Of a DNA stretch of 64,000 nt, positions 1-10,006 are shown one piece after another (position 1 is the first letter of the stretch; every line of letters begins with the position of its first letter). This DNA comes from Epithemia pelagica (lineage: Eukaryota; Protista; Bacillariophyta). Both the position numbers and the translations under genes were made by a program. Below the pieces are notes generated by a model. It did not search any database. It had not been told where the DNA came from and worked only from the letters and a program-made list of their open reading frames with translations. Location of the stretch: positions 744,001-808,000 of the forward strand of contig OX337235.1 of assembly GCA_946965045.2 (NCBI GenBank), read 5' to 3'.

Positions 1-72
1 TCCACACTTCTGTGTTTTTTTGCCTGTGTTTTGCTCTGAACCTCTCCTGCTTCTGGCTCTCTTGCTTTCCTT

Positions 73-1639
73 TTGCCTGCCACCATGTCTTCATCCACTG
101 CCCCTGAAAATCCCAAGGAAGATTTCAAGGCTGCCGTTAAACGCTGTGGATACAATGATGCCACCGTTACCTACATCATTGAGCAGGGTTTTGATGATGC
201 TCAATTGTTCATGACTGCTGCGGTCCATCAAGTGCCGTCGATGTTGAAGATGATGGCAAAGACCCCTCCAGAGAACGGGGCCTTTCCCTTCAGTGCTAAC
301 CTGCAGCTCCACGGCTTCCGAATGTGGCTCGAATACCGTTTGTCTCGTGGTCAGGCTCTTAAAGTCTCACTTTTCTCTGATCCGCCCCTGATCAAGAAAT
401 GGACCAAACGTACCCAGGAACTGTTTGCACTCAACAAGGAAGTTGCCTCCGATGAACTGACCCCACCGAAAGAGTTGACTTCGTTTACTCAGTGGGAGGT
501 GTTTAACGATGCCTTGCTCACGTTCCTCGCACAGCATCGCAATCCCACAACGGGTGTCCCTTTGACTTACATCCTTCGTTAAACTAAGCCTGTCGGTTCT
601 AAAAGCAAGGAATGCTGCCTACGATACTATCGATGACGATTTGATTGCTACTACTATCCTGCAAGGTGATCAGTATGCCCTTGACAATCAACGCGTCTTC
701 ACACTGATGAAACCTTTCCTTGTTGGCGGACCTGGCCTGACGTTCATCAAGCCACACCAAAAGAAGAAGGACGGCCGTGAGGCGTATCTTGCGTTGACTC
801 GCCAAGCTACTGGAACAGCAGCTGTCACCATCCGCAAGAAAGAAGCATACGCTGCTATTGCCGACGCAAAGTTTACAGGCCGCGGTCGTTTCTCGTATCA
901 ACAATATGTTCACCGCCATCAGAAAGCTCATAATACGTTGGCTGAACTTGATGAACCCGTTGCCAAAACCAAAAAGGTAACCGATTTCCTCAAAGGTATA
1001 TCGGATCCCTCTTTGGCGGCGGGAAAGACGGTCGTCAACGGTGACGCAGCAAAGCTTTCTGATTTTGAAGCATGCCAGCAGTATTTTGGCACGTTGATTG
1101 CTGCATCCCGTACCGACAAGACCAATGACGAGAATCGAAAGATTGCTGGTGTGGGTACGACTAAGACTAGTGGAAAGAAGAATGGTCGTAACAAGCAGAA
1201 TAAAAAGAAGACGCGTCATTACAGTTTGGATGAATGGCGCAAGCTCTCTGATGAAGAGAAGGCCGAAATCCTCCGTGCCCGTAAAGAACAGAAAGACAAA
1301 GAACAGAAAGACGCTAATGGAAAGCGCAAGGCCGGAGCCGTGCGAACTGAAGATGAAAATGGCTCTCGCAAGTTGAGTAAAACTGAAACTCCAAAGTCTG
1401 ATGACATGAAATTGGAGACCACTGACCTGGATGGGGACGACGCGCCGAACCATTCCGAGCCTGATCCTCCTGTTGCTGATGAACCGACTGTTCCCAAAAC
1501 CTCAGCCGGAAACAGTTTCGGACGCTTTGCCCATAGTAAAAAAGGATCTACAAAGCCGCACAACCCTGATGAAACCAAGGAGCCTACAACTGCCGTTGCG
1601 AAAGCTGCCCTTGCTGATAAGGCCACAAAGCAGACCTGA
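73..1639 (+). pseudogene. gag: Copia gag, disrupted by a TAA at 580-582 and a +1 frameshift (ORFs 73-582 and 641-1639)
   Basis: GVPLTYILR, then AYDTIDDDLIATTILQGDQYALDN in the shifted frame; YSLDEWRKLSDEEK and a basic C-terminal half typical of diatom Copia gag. Confidence 0.75.
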
Positions 1640-1645
1640 GGCTGT

Positions 1646-4426
1646 GTGCCCAGTGATGAAATTGATAAAACAAATCTTATCCGTCCACATTTCTCACTTG
1701 TAGGCACCCCTACCTTCAGCTTAGCCTTTGCACACCGTTTATGTGCTGCCGTATCACAGTCCCATACCACTGATCCGATTGATCTGACATGTGAAATGGA
1801 CTCGCATGCTGACACTTGTTGTGTTGGTCGCAACTTTGTGAAATTCAGGGAACCTGACCGTTACATCACTGTTTCCCCACTCTCAGAGGAATATAAACCC
1901 CTCGAGCGTATCCCCGTCACCACGACCGCCACTGTCTGGACTGATGCCCACAACAATAGTTATCTATTGCTGTTTCACGAGTCGTTATTCTTCGGGGACC
2001 GATTGTCCCAATCATTGATTTGTCCCAATCAACTGCGTTCAAACGGCCTCATTGTCCATGATGTGCTGCGTCAGTTTGACCCTTACAGCACACACAGCAT
2101 TCGTATTCCCGATGCTGACCTGACCATTCCTCTAGAAATGTCCGGTGTTATCTCTGGCTTCGCGACCACGAAGCCAACCCCGGAGGAGCTCAAGTCGCTC
2201 CCACGGATAGTCATGACTGCTGATTCGGTGTGGCACCCTCATTCGTCCACCTTTGCTGCCGCGGAGGAGAAAGCCAATGCATCCAATGCATCTGCTGTCC
2301 GCCAAGTTGATCCGAATTCGATTGCCGCATCCTGTGTCCCGCGATTGGTTGCTGCCGTCCGATCATACGACGAAACCTATGGCTATTGCATGGAACTTGA
2401 GAATGACGAGGATGAACTATGCAACCGCTTAGTTGCTGCCGTTCGAGTGTCCCATCCACCGAGTGCCGAGGACACTGTGGACATTGAGGACCTTGATCCC
2501 GACGAATACTTTCTCAAAGCCGTTAAGTCTGCTTCGTCACGACCAACAAAAGCCGTAAAAGTCTTGCCATCTTCTTCTCAGACTGTACTTGATCCCCAGA
2601 CCTTGTCTTCTCGATGGAATGTCGGCCTTACTAAGGCCAAGAAGACTTTACAAGTGACAACCCAGGCTGGGGTCCGAAATGTCCTTGTCCCATCCGAACG
2701 CAAGGTCCAAAAGAAAGCTCCATGGCTCAAATTCCCGAATGTCAAGGGACGATGGTTTTGCGACAAGATGTTCTCCAAGTGCCCATCGCTTGATCTTCAC
2801 ACGGGTGCTTCCGTATTTACTGATGGAAAGGGCTATGATTTTGTCTATCCCTGGAAATCAAAGAAGCAACACCCTGAAGGTCTGATGTCCCTTATCCAGA
2901 ATGTCGGAATTCCTCAGACGTTAATTTCTGATGGTGCGCAAGAGCTATTTCATGGACGTTCTCGTGAGATCTGTAATGAGTACCGTATCAAACAAGACGT
3001 GACCGTCCCATACAGTCAATGGCAGAATGCCGCCGAAGCTAGCATCCGTGAGTTGAAGAAAGGTGTTATTAGGAAGTTACGTCAAACTGGTGCACCACGA
3101 CGCACATGGTCCTATGCGCTGAAGTGGGTTGCCTCTGTCCGCCAGTTAACTGCCTCTGATATCCCTGAACTTAATGGACGAACGCCATTTGAACACGTTC
3201 TTGGATCGACACCCGACATCTCTCCCATGGCTTTGTTTGATTTCTATCAACCTGTATACTATTATACGCCGTCGCATGACTTCCCTCATGAGCGTAAATG
3301 TATTGGGCGCTGGCTTGGTCTTGCCGATGACTGTATTGATGACATGGCCTTCAACGTCTTGACAGAGAAAGGTCGAGTTATTGTCCGAAAAGATGTGTGG
3401 GCAATCCCTGACGACGATATGAAAAATCCCACAATCCGTCAACAACTGGAAGTCTATGATGGTCTCATCAAGACTCTCCTCGTGGATACATCACTGTCTT
3501 CCGATGAAGATGCCGCCAACGTTTCCCCTGATCCACCCGATGATTTCTTTGGAGAAGACGAAAGCGAATCTCTCTTTCCTGCTGCTCTTGACTCCGATAC
3601 ACCTCTCCCTGATGCTGACGACTACACTCCGGAGGTGTTAGACGAATATCTCACAGCCGAAGTCATGCTGCCGCATGGCGGGGACCAGGCCAGAGCCAAG
3701 ATCATAGGCCGCTCCAAAGATGAACATGGCCGACCAATTGGCAAACGTGATCCAAATCCAATCTTAGACACACGTTTCTATGACGTGCTGTATCCCGATG
3801 GATCGACCGAATCTCTTGCTGCCAATCTCATTGCCGAGAACCTTTACTCTCAAGTCGACACTGAGGGCAACTCCTATGCCATTGTAAAGGATATCATTGG
3901 ACATCGCAAAACCAAGGACGCTGTCCTCCAAACGGATCCGGACTGGTTGAATGGCCGTAAACGCCATACAACCGTTGGTTGGGAACATGAGTGTGAACTC
4001 TCCGATGGTTCTACTGTTTGGATCCCTCTCAAAGATCTCAAAAACGATTCGCCTGTACAACTAGCCGAATATGCCGTTGCGGTGGGGCTTGCCAAAGAAC
4101 CGGCCTATGCCTGGTGGGTTCCACATACGTTACGCAAACGTGGTGTAATTCTTGCGAAAGTAAAATCTCGCTATTGGAAACGTACCCACAAATATGGTAT
4201 TGAACTGCCCAAAACCGTTCAAGAAGCTCTTGAGATTGATCGTCGAACGGGGACTGATTTCTGGCGGAAAGCCATTGAAAAGGAGATGAAAAATGTTCGC
4301 ATTGCCTTTGAATTCCGTGATGATGACAAAGTACCAATTGGATACAAACATATCCCATGTCATATGGTCTTTGATATCAAGTCTGGAAGAACGTGTCAAG
4401 TACATCTACCGAAAGACAAATTCTGA
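1646..4426 (+). CDS. pol: Copia pol part A: aspartic protease, integrase, chromo-like domain and the first residues of RT, broken at about 4381
   Basis: Protease EMDSHADTCCVG; integrase WFCDKMFS, LISDGAQE, QWQNAAEASIRELK; RT start KYGIELPKTVQEAL...HIPCHMVFDIK, after which the sequence diverges. Confidence 0.9.
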   Translation: MPSDEIDKTNLIRPHFSLVGTPTFSLAFAHRLCAAVSQSHTTDPIDLTCEMDSHADTCCVGRNFVKFREPDRYITVSPLSEEYKPLERIPVTTTATVWTDAHNNSYLLLFHESLFFGDRLSQSLICPNQLRSNGLIVHDVLRQFDPYSTHSIRIPDADLTIPLEMSGVISGFATTKPTPEELKSLPRIVMTADSVWHPHSSTFAAAEEKANASNASAVRQVDPNSIAASCVPRLVAAVRSYDETYGYCMELENDEDELCNRLVAAVRVSHPPSAEDTVDIEDLDPDEYFLKAVKSASSRPTKAVKVLPSSSQTVLDPQTLSSRWNVGLTKAKKTLQVTTQAGVRNVLVPSERKVQKKAPWLKFPNVKGRWFCDKMFSKCPSLDLHTGASVFTDGKGYDFVYPWKSKKQHPEGLMSLIQNVGIPQTLISDGAQELFHGRSREICNEYRIKQDVTVPYSQWQNAAEASIRELKKGVIRKLRQTGAPRRTWSYALKWVASVRQLTASDIPELNGRTPFEHVLGSTPDISPMALFDFYQPVYYYTPSHDFPHERKCIGRWLGLADDCIDDMAFNVLTEKGRVIVRKDVWAIPDDDMKNPTIRQQLEVYDGLIKTLLVDTSLSSDEDAANVSPDPPDDFFGEDESESLFPAALDSDTPLPDADDYTPEVLDEYLTAEVMLPHGGDQARAKIIGRSKDEHGRPIGKRDPNPILDTRFYDVLYPDGSTESLAANLIAENLYSQVDTEGNSYAIVKDIIGHRKTKDAVLQTDPDWLNGRKRHTTVGWEHECELSDGSTVWIPLKDLKNDSPVQLAEYAVAVGLAKEPAYAWWVPHTLRKRGVILAKVKSRYWKRTHKYGIELPKTVQEALEIDRRTGTDFWRKAIEKEMKNVRIAFEFRDDDKVPIGYKHIPCHMVFDIKSGRTCQVHLPKDKF

Positions 4427-6560
4427 TGTTGATGAGATGATATCCTATAATCAACTCATGGAGTATATCGAACGAGATAACCAAGCTCAAACCTCTGGAG
4501 ATAATCTTTTCAGGTTCAGGGATGTCATTGCCCATCAAGGCCCACTGAACACAACTGATCCAGATTACAAGGGGAGCAAATATAATTTGCTTGTTGATTG
4601 GGAAACTGGGGAGACTACCTATGAACCTTTATCACTCATCGCCAATGATGATCCGATCACTGTAGCAATTTATGGAAAGAAACATGGTTTACTCAACGAA
4701 CCTGGATGGAAGCATTTGAAACGTTATGTCAAAACAAGCAAACGTCTCATTCGAGCAGCCAAACAGTCAAGGATTAAACAAGTTCATCATTCCGTCAAGT
4801 ATAAGTTTGGATTCCAAGTACCACGCAATTATGAGGAAGCTGTCGCTCTTGATAAACAACATGGCAACACAAAGTGGCAGGATGCAACAGAATTAGAATT
4901 GTCACAGATCCAGTCCTACAAGACATTCAAGGATTTTGGGAAAGCCATCTTCATTAAAGGGAAAGTATCCAATGCACCTGAAGGATATCATAAGATACGT
5001 GTACATCTTGTCTTTGACGTAAAACATGATGGACGACATAAAGCAAGACTTGTCGCAGATGGACATCTCACGAAAGAACCTGTTGAGACAATCTATTCAG
5101 GTGTTGTTTCCATTCGCAACCTCCGCATTGCCTTATTCCTGGGTACTTTGAATGACTTGGAAATATGGGGAGCAGATATTGGAAATGCATATCTGGAAGC
5201 CTTGACAGGGGAGAAAATTTTCATTGTCGCAGGACCTGAATTCAAGGAATTAGAAGGTCACATCCTGATTATATACAAGGCACTTTATGGATTGAAGTCA
5301 TCAGGCGCACGCTGGCATGATGTCTTATTCGATGTTTTGACAGACATGGGATTTTCACCAAGCAAAGCAGATCCGGATATCTGGATGAGGAAAGCACCTG
5401 GAGAAGACTGTTACGAATACATTGCCGTATACGTTGATGACTTAGCCATTATTTCTACTGATCCTGGGAATATCTGCAAGATCCTGAAGGAGAAATACAA
5501 CTTCAAACTCAAAGGAGATGGACCTATTGATTTCCATTTGGGATGTTGTTACACCAAGGATTCTGATGGAACATTAGTAGCAGATCCAAGACGCTACATT
5601 GGTAAGATGATGGACACTTTTGAACGAATCTTCAAGGAGAAACCCAAGAAAGCCAAAACACCTCTTATTGGTGGAGACCATCCTGAATTGGATGATTCTG
5701 AGCTCCTTGATGAAGAAGGTACTAGCCATTTCCAAACTCTGATTGGACAACTCCAATGGGTGATCACTATTGGTCGTTTCGACGTCTTCACCGCTACAAT
5801 GACGCTATCACGCTTTCGCGCTGCTCCGAGGAAAGGACATCTTGATAGAGCCAAGCGTATCTATGGATACCTTGCACATCTCCCAGAAGGCGCAATCAGA
5901 TTTAGGATTGGAGAGCCTGATTATTCAAGTCTTCCTACCCAAGAATTTGATTGGACTCGCACTGCCTATTCGAATGCAAGTGAACGTATTCCTGAAGACT
6001 GCCCAACACCTCTTGGCCGCTATGTTACCACAACTCATTATGTTGATGCCAATCTCATGCATGACATAGTCACTGGTAAATCCGTCACTGCTGTTCTACA
6101 TTTGTTGAACGGAACACCTATTGACTGGTACAGCAAGAGACAGAGCACGGTGGAAACTGCTACCTATGGATCCGAGTTTGTGGCTGCAAGGACAGCAATA
6201 GATCAGATTACAGAATTACGACATTCTCTCCGCTACCTTGGAGTACCTATCCGAGAGCGAAGTTACATGTACGGAGATAACAGATCCGTTGTGCTCAATG
6301 CAACCGTTCCTCATTCCATACTATCCAAGAGACACCATCTTCTGTCATACCACCGAGTTCGTGAAGCCATCGCAGCAAAGTATGTTGCATTCTACTGGAA
6401 AGATGGAAAGACCAACCCTGCCGATATCCTTAGCAAACATTGGGATTTCGTATCTATTTGGCCCATGCTCAAGCCATTGCTGTTTTGGAAAGGAGAAGTT
6501 CAAGATCTCAACAAATCCAATGATGACAAGGCTGAAACGACAAGTTGTGGGGAGTGTTAG
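4382..6560 (+). CDS. pol: Copia pol part B (different frame, apparently different family): chromo-like domain, RT and RNase H
   Basis: HLVFDVKHDGRHKARLVADGH, ADIGNAYL, KALYGLKSSG, AVYVDDL; RNase H YVDANLMHD, TYGSEFVAA, YGDNRSVV, NPADILSK. ORF 4293-6560 is open. Confidence 0.93.
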
Positions 6561-7306
6561 AATTCTCACCGTCTATGGTGGTTAGATTCTACATCTCATC
6601 GATTCCCCATGTCACATAGCCTCGTGCTATCGCATCATGCCCTCTAGCTTCGAGCTATGTTTCCTAGCTTCGCGCTATATCGACCTATATTTCTTCGCAA
6701 ATCATGAAAAGTGAGAATAGATTGACGAACTCACTCTCAAGACTAAACTGGGTCGTGCGGTATTACAACGGACGTAAATTTGGCCGTTGCTCGGACATTA
6801 TACTAACGCCCTAAGCGTACGCGCCCGAAATCATCGAGCGCGCCCAAGCGACATCCGAGCGCTATCCGCATCTATCCGATCCAACGGTCTAAGTATCCCA
6901 AGCACGACACACGATCACGCGAGACCATATTTCCATTCCCACAATCTCCAAATTGTCAACAAGCTGCGCGCCATGAAAACAACTATGCCAACCCAAAGCA
7001 AGAGCTGTTGACCCTGTATATGTTATCCGCCCACATATACATGTCATATACATCACATGAATCAACTCCAACTATTCCAAACCTGTTGCCGCCAAGAACC
7101 TATGACACATGACCCTTGGCAGGACCGAACATTTCACGTAGACCTATCGTAGTAATCAACACACAATCTAACAATATCACCATTTATCACATCTTCTTTT
7201 GTGTCCCGACTATCCTTCTGATAGACTTCGACTTGCTTGCTTCTCTGACCCTGAGAAGCTTGTATCGGTTGGTGACCTACCTGATTGTCTGCTCTACCGA
7301 GCATCA
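6555..7306 (+). repeat. Putative 3' LTR, about 750 bp
   Basis: Begins TG directly after the polypurine tract; non-coding; a CA dinucleotide lies just before the LINE ORF2 break. The second LTR is not in the window, so it cannot be confirmed. Confidence 0.6.
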
Positions 7307-7312
7307 ATGTCC

Positions 7313-10006
7313 CTACGATTCAGAAAGAATTGTAACAAAAAGAGATAATGCTTTTCTGAAATTTGTCATGTGTTCGTTTGTGCTGTCTTTCCAGGAAGTG
7401 AAGTGTCGTTGGTGGACAGCGGGGATGGGGTTTTCTGTAGAAGACGCGAGATGGATTGCTCTGGCCGTTTGTGTGAGGAAACGAGGGTATGCAGCTGTTG
7501 CTGCCTGTTGATAGCCCAGGCCCCCTAGTCGTTGGGGCATGGTTGCGATAAGGGTGGAGGTCTCGGTGATTTGGTGCTCGGGTAGTGAGGTTAGTTTTGC
7601 GAGGAAGCTGGCGACGAGTTTTTCCGTCCGTTGTGTTGTTGGGCTTGTCCACAGGGTTGTCCTTGGATCTTGGTTCGGGTTGGCTAAAAGGATGTCCGAT
7701 GGCAGGAGGTGCATGATGGACGAGATCATTGTGTATTTGAAGAGGCTGTGTTGTGTCTGGAGGTCGTTCAGTTGGGTCAGACAGTCCATCTTGTTGTACA
7801 TATTGTCGAGTTTTTGGTTGATGTATTGTTGCGCAAACGATTGGGACCCGATTGGTTGTCCGAGGAATCTCACTCCATGTGTTATTTCCGCTTTGTCAGG
7901 GTTGTTGGGTGAGAGAAATGCAAGAGCTTGTTGGAGGTTCCGTTGTTGTTCTGGCTTGAGGTTGTTGCTTGGCGAGATGCCAGTTGTTGAAGTAAGTATG
8001 GTTGTTTTGTTTTTGTTGAGGATGATTCCGAGTGGTTTGCCAAGCTCTTCGAAGCGTTGGAGAAACCAGAGAAGGTCACAGTGGGGTAAGCAGACCGAAG
8101 TATCGTCCATGATCGATGCGGTGTGGCCGATGCCTCCCATAGTGTCGTCGTATGAGTCGTGGCTCACTTTTCTTTGTTGCGCTCGTTTCGCTTGCTCTTT
8201 ATTGAGTTTGTTGGTCAACGCCAGGAGGACGAGACAGGAAAAAAGGGGGCTCAAGGGACACCCTTGAGGGAATCCCTCTTCTTGGGTAAGGTATCTGGCG
8301 TTTTTATTTTCGTCGAAGTACCATTGGTTACATGGGCTGTTTGTCAGCAGATCAAACAAGGGGACAAGTTGTGTTGTGGCTTCGTCCTCCAGCAGTATTT
8401 TCCGCGCTTCGGTTCTGCTTACGTTAGTGAACATGTTTGTAAGATCAAGCATCACCAGGGCTCTGGAGGGCGTTTTGTTGTTGTTGTCTGCGTCGTTTGT
8501 GTTTTCGCTGTTTGTTTGTCGTTCGATATATTCGTTTACCGCCATGGCGGTGGATTGTGCCACGAAATCGACTCCGCCAGGCGTTTGTATGCCGTACTGG
8601 CCTCCTTGCAACAAGAGCGGGCGTATGTCATCGGTGAGTTGGACCAAAGCAGCTTTTGCGGCTACTCGTCGAATGGCTGTTCCAATGCCGATTGGTCTCA
8701 GGCGTTCGAGGTTGTTGATGTCTTTATGCAGAGCGAGAAAATAATTGCTCGCGAGAATGGTTTGGATCGTTGGCGGGACCTGTGCTGTGACCACCAATTG
8801 GATCATGGATTTGATACTATTGAAGTATGGCCGTGTGGCGTCGGGGGACCGGGTTGTTCTGTGTAACGCCATAGAGACGAGAATGTCGGTGCTGGTGGAG
8901 AAAGGACCTGCGGCCGTTCCCGGCTTCATTTGCCGGAGTGCCGTTTCAAACTTGTTGTCTTGAAGCTTGAGGTATTGTGCCGCTGGTGGTGGCATTGTTG
9001 TTTGTCCGTGTGAACGGGTTGCTGGTGGGGGCTGTTGTCTTTCTGGGAAAAGTTCCTTTTGGCATTTTTGGATTCGGGGAGGGGTGAGGGTAGCCGGTGG
9101 CGTGTTGGTCGTCAATCGTTTGACGGCGGCTCTGTAGTTACCGAGATCGGCCAGTTGTTGCGCCGAGCTGGTTTTCCATTGTGGGAGTTGGTCTGGTGGT
9201 GATGATTGCTGTTGTTGGCGTCGTTGTTGCCTGTTTTTCTTCTTGTTGTTGTGGTTGGTCAGTTTCGGAAGCGGTGTTGGATTCCATATGGTTTGGTACA
9301 GTTCTTCGATTCTTCCTGCTTTCAGGAGGGACAGTCGGGCGCGGAAGGCGTTGGTGTAAGTTCGATGCACTGTGTTTGTGATCGGTGCTAAGAGCAGGGG
9401 CTCTAGCAGAATCAGCAGCTTCCAGAAAGGGTTGGCGTCGGTGTCATGTTGTTGTGGTCGTTCGTCTCGGATGACGGCCTGGGTGAGAGGTGGTGTTGCT
9501 GCAAGGAGCCAGGAGATCACGTTGTTGTATGTGGAGTAGAATTCTGCTCTCAAAGGCGGCTTCAGTTTGTGCCATAAGCTGCGTCGAAAAGGCGGTGGTG
9601 TAAGTTGTAGTTGGTGCAAGTAAGCTAGACTTTTCTTCCAGTTGGTTTCTGTCTCTGGTTGCGCATGTCGGTAGGTATGTAGGACTAATTGAGTGTTCGT
9701 TTGGGTCCTACTATGCTTTTTTGTTACGTGTTGTCTTAGATGGCCTTCCGTCGTGAATATGGCCGTGGTTGTGTCACAGGTTTGGCATGGATAAAAACCA
9801 TGCTTGTTGCAGTACGATGGTGTCAGATAATCAGATGGGTGTGTTTCGTTGTGGGCGGTGATCAGGTGTTCTTTGATAGAAGCGTGGGGGTTGCTTGTGA
9901 ATCGAGGCACTTTCCATGGACAGTCTGGGACTGGGCAGTGTCTCGGTGGTGTTGTCGTTGGTTTACTCATCTGGCCCCTTGGCCCAGTTTGCATGCGGGA
10001 CCACAT
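7313..10006 (-). CDS. Non-LTR ORF2: N-terminal zinc fingers and CRE-clade-like RT; C-terminal endonuclease absent
   Basis: CPVPDC...HLITAH and CQTC...HVTKKH fingers; LRPIGIG, QYGIQTPGGVD, LDLTNMF, GFPQGCPLSPL, IMDD, FLGQPIGS, PQRLGGLG. The ORF stops about 65 aa after GGLG. Confidence 0.85.
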   Translation of the reverse strand: MWSRMQTGPRGQMSKPTTTPPRHCPVPDCPWKVPRFTSNPHASIKEHLITAHNETHPSDYLTPSYCNKHGFYPCQTCDTTTAIFTTEGHLRQHVTKKHSRTQTNTQLVLHTYRHAQPETETNWKKSLAYLHQLQLTPPPFRRSLWHKLKPPLRAEFYSTYNNVISWLLAATPPLTQAVIRDERPQQHDTDANPFWKLLILLEPLLLAPITNTVHRTYTNAFRARLSLLKAGRIEELYQTIWNPTPLPKLTNHNNKKKNRQQRRQQQQSSPPDQLPQWKTSSAQQLADLGNYRAAVKRLTTNTPPATLTPPRIQKCQKELFPERQQPPPATRSHGQTTMPPPAAQYLKLQDNKFETALRQMKPGTAAGPFSTSTDILVSMALHRTTRSPDATRPYFNSIKSMIQLVVTAQVPPTIQTILASNYFLALHKDINNLERLRPIGIGTAIRRVAAKAALVQLTDDIRPLLLQGGQYGIQTPGGVDFVAQSTAMAVNEYIERQTNSENTNDADNNNKTPSRALVMLDLTNMFTNVSRTEARKILLEDEATTQLVPLFDLLTNSPCNQWYFDENKNARYLTQEEGFPQGCPLSPLFSCLVLLALTNKLNKEQAKRAQQRKVSHDSYDDTMGGIGHTASIMDDTSVCLPHCDLLWFLQRFEELGKPLGIILNKNKTTILTSTTGISPSNNLKPEQQRNLQQALAFLSPNNPDKAEITHGVRFLGQPIGSQSFAQQYINQKLDNMYNKMDCLTQLNDLQTQHSLFKYTMISSIMHLLPSDILLANPNQDPRTTLWTSPTTQRTEKLVASFLAKLTSLPEHQITETSTLIATMPQRLGGLGYQQAATAAYPRFLTQTARAIHLASSTENPIPAVHQRHFTSWKDSTNEHMTNFRKALSLFVTILSES

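Larger units (their letters stand above)
1..7306 (+). mobile_element. Ty1/copia LTR retrotransposon (CoDi-like, apparently chimeric); 5' LTR lies outside the window
   Basis: Domain order gag-PR-IN-RT-RNaseH. Purine run GGGGAG (6549-6554) is followed by TGTTAG at 6555, a PPT/LTR start. Right boundary (GCATCA, 7306) is approximate. Confidence 0.92.
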
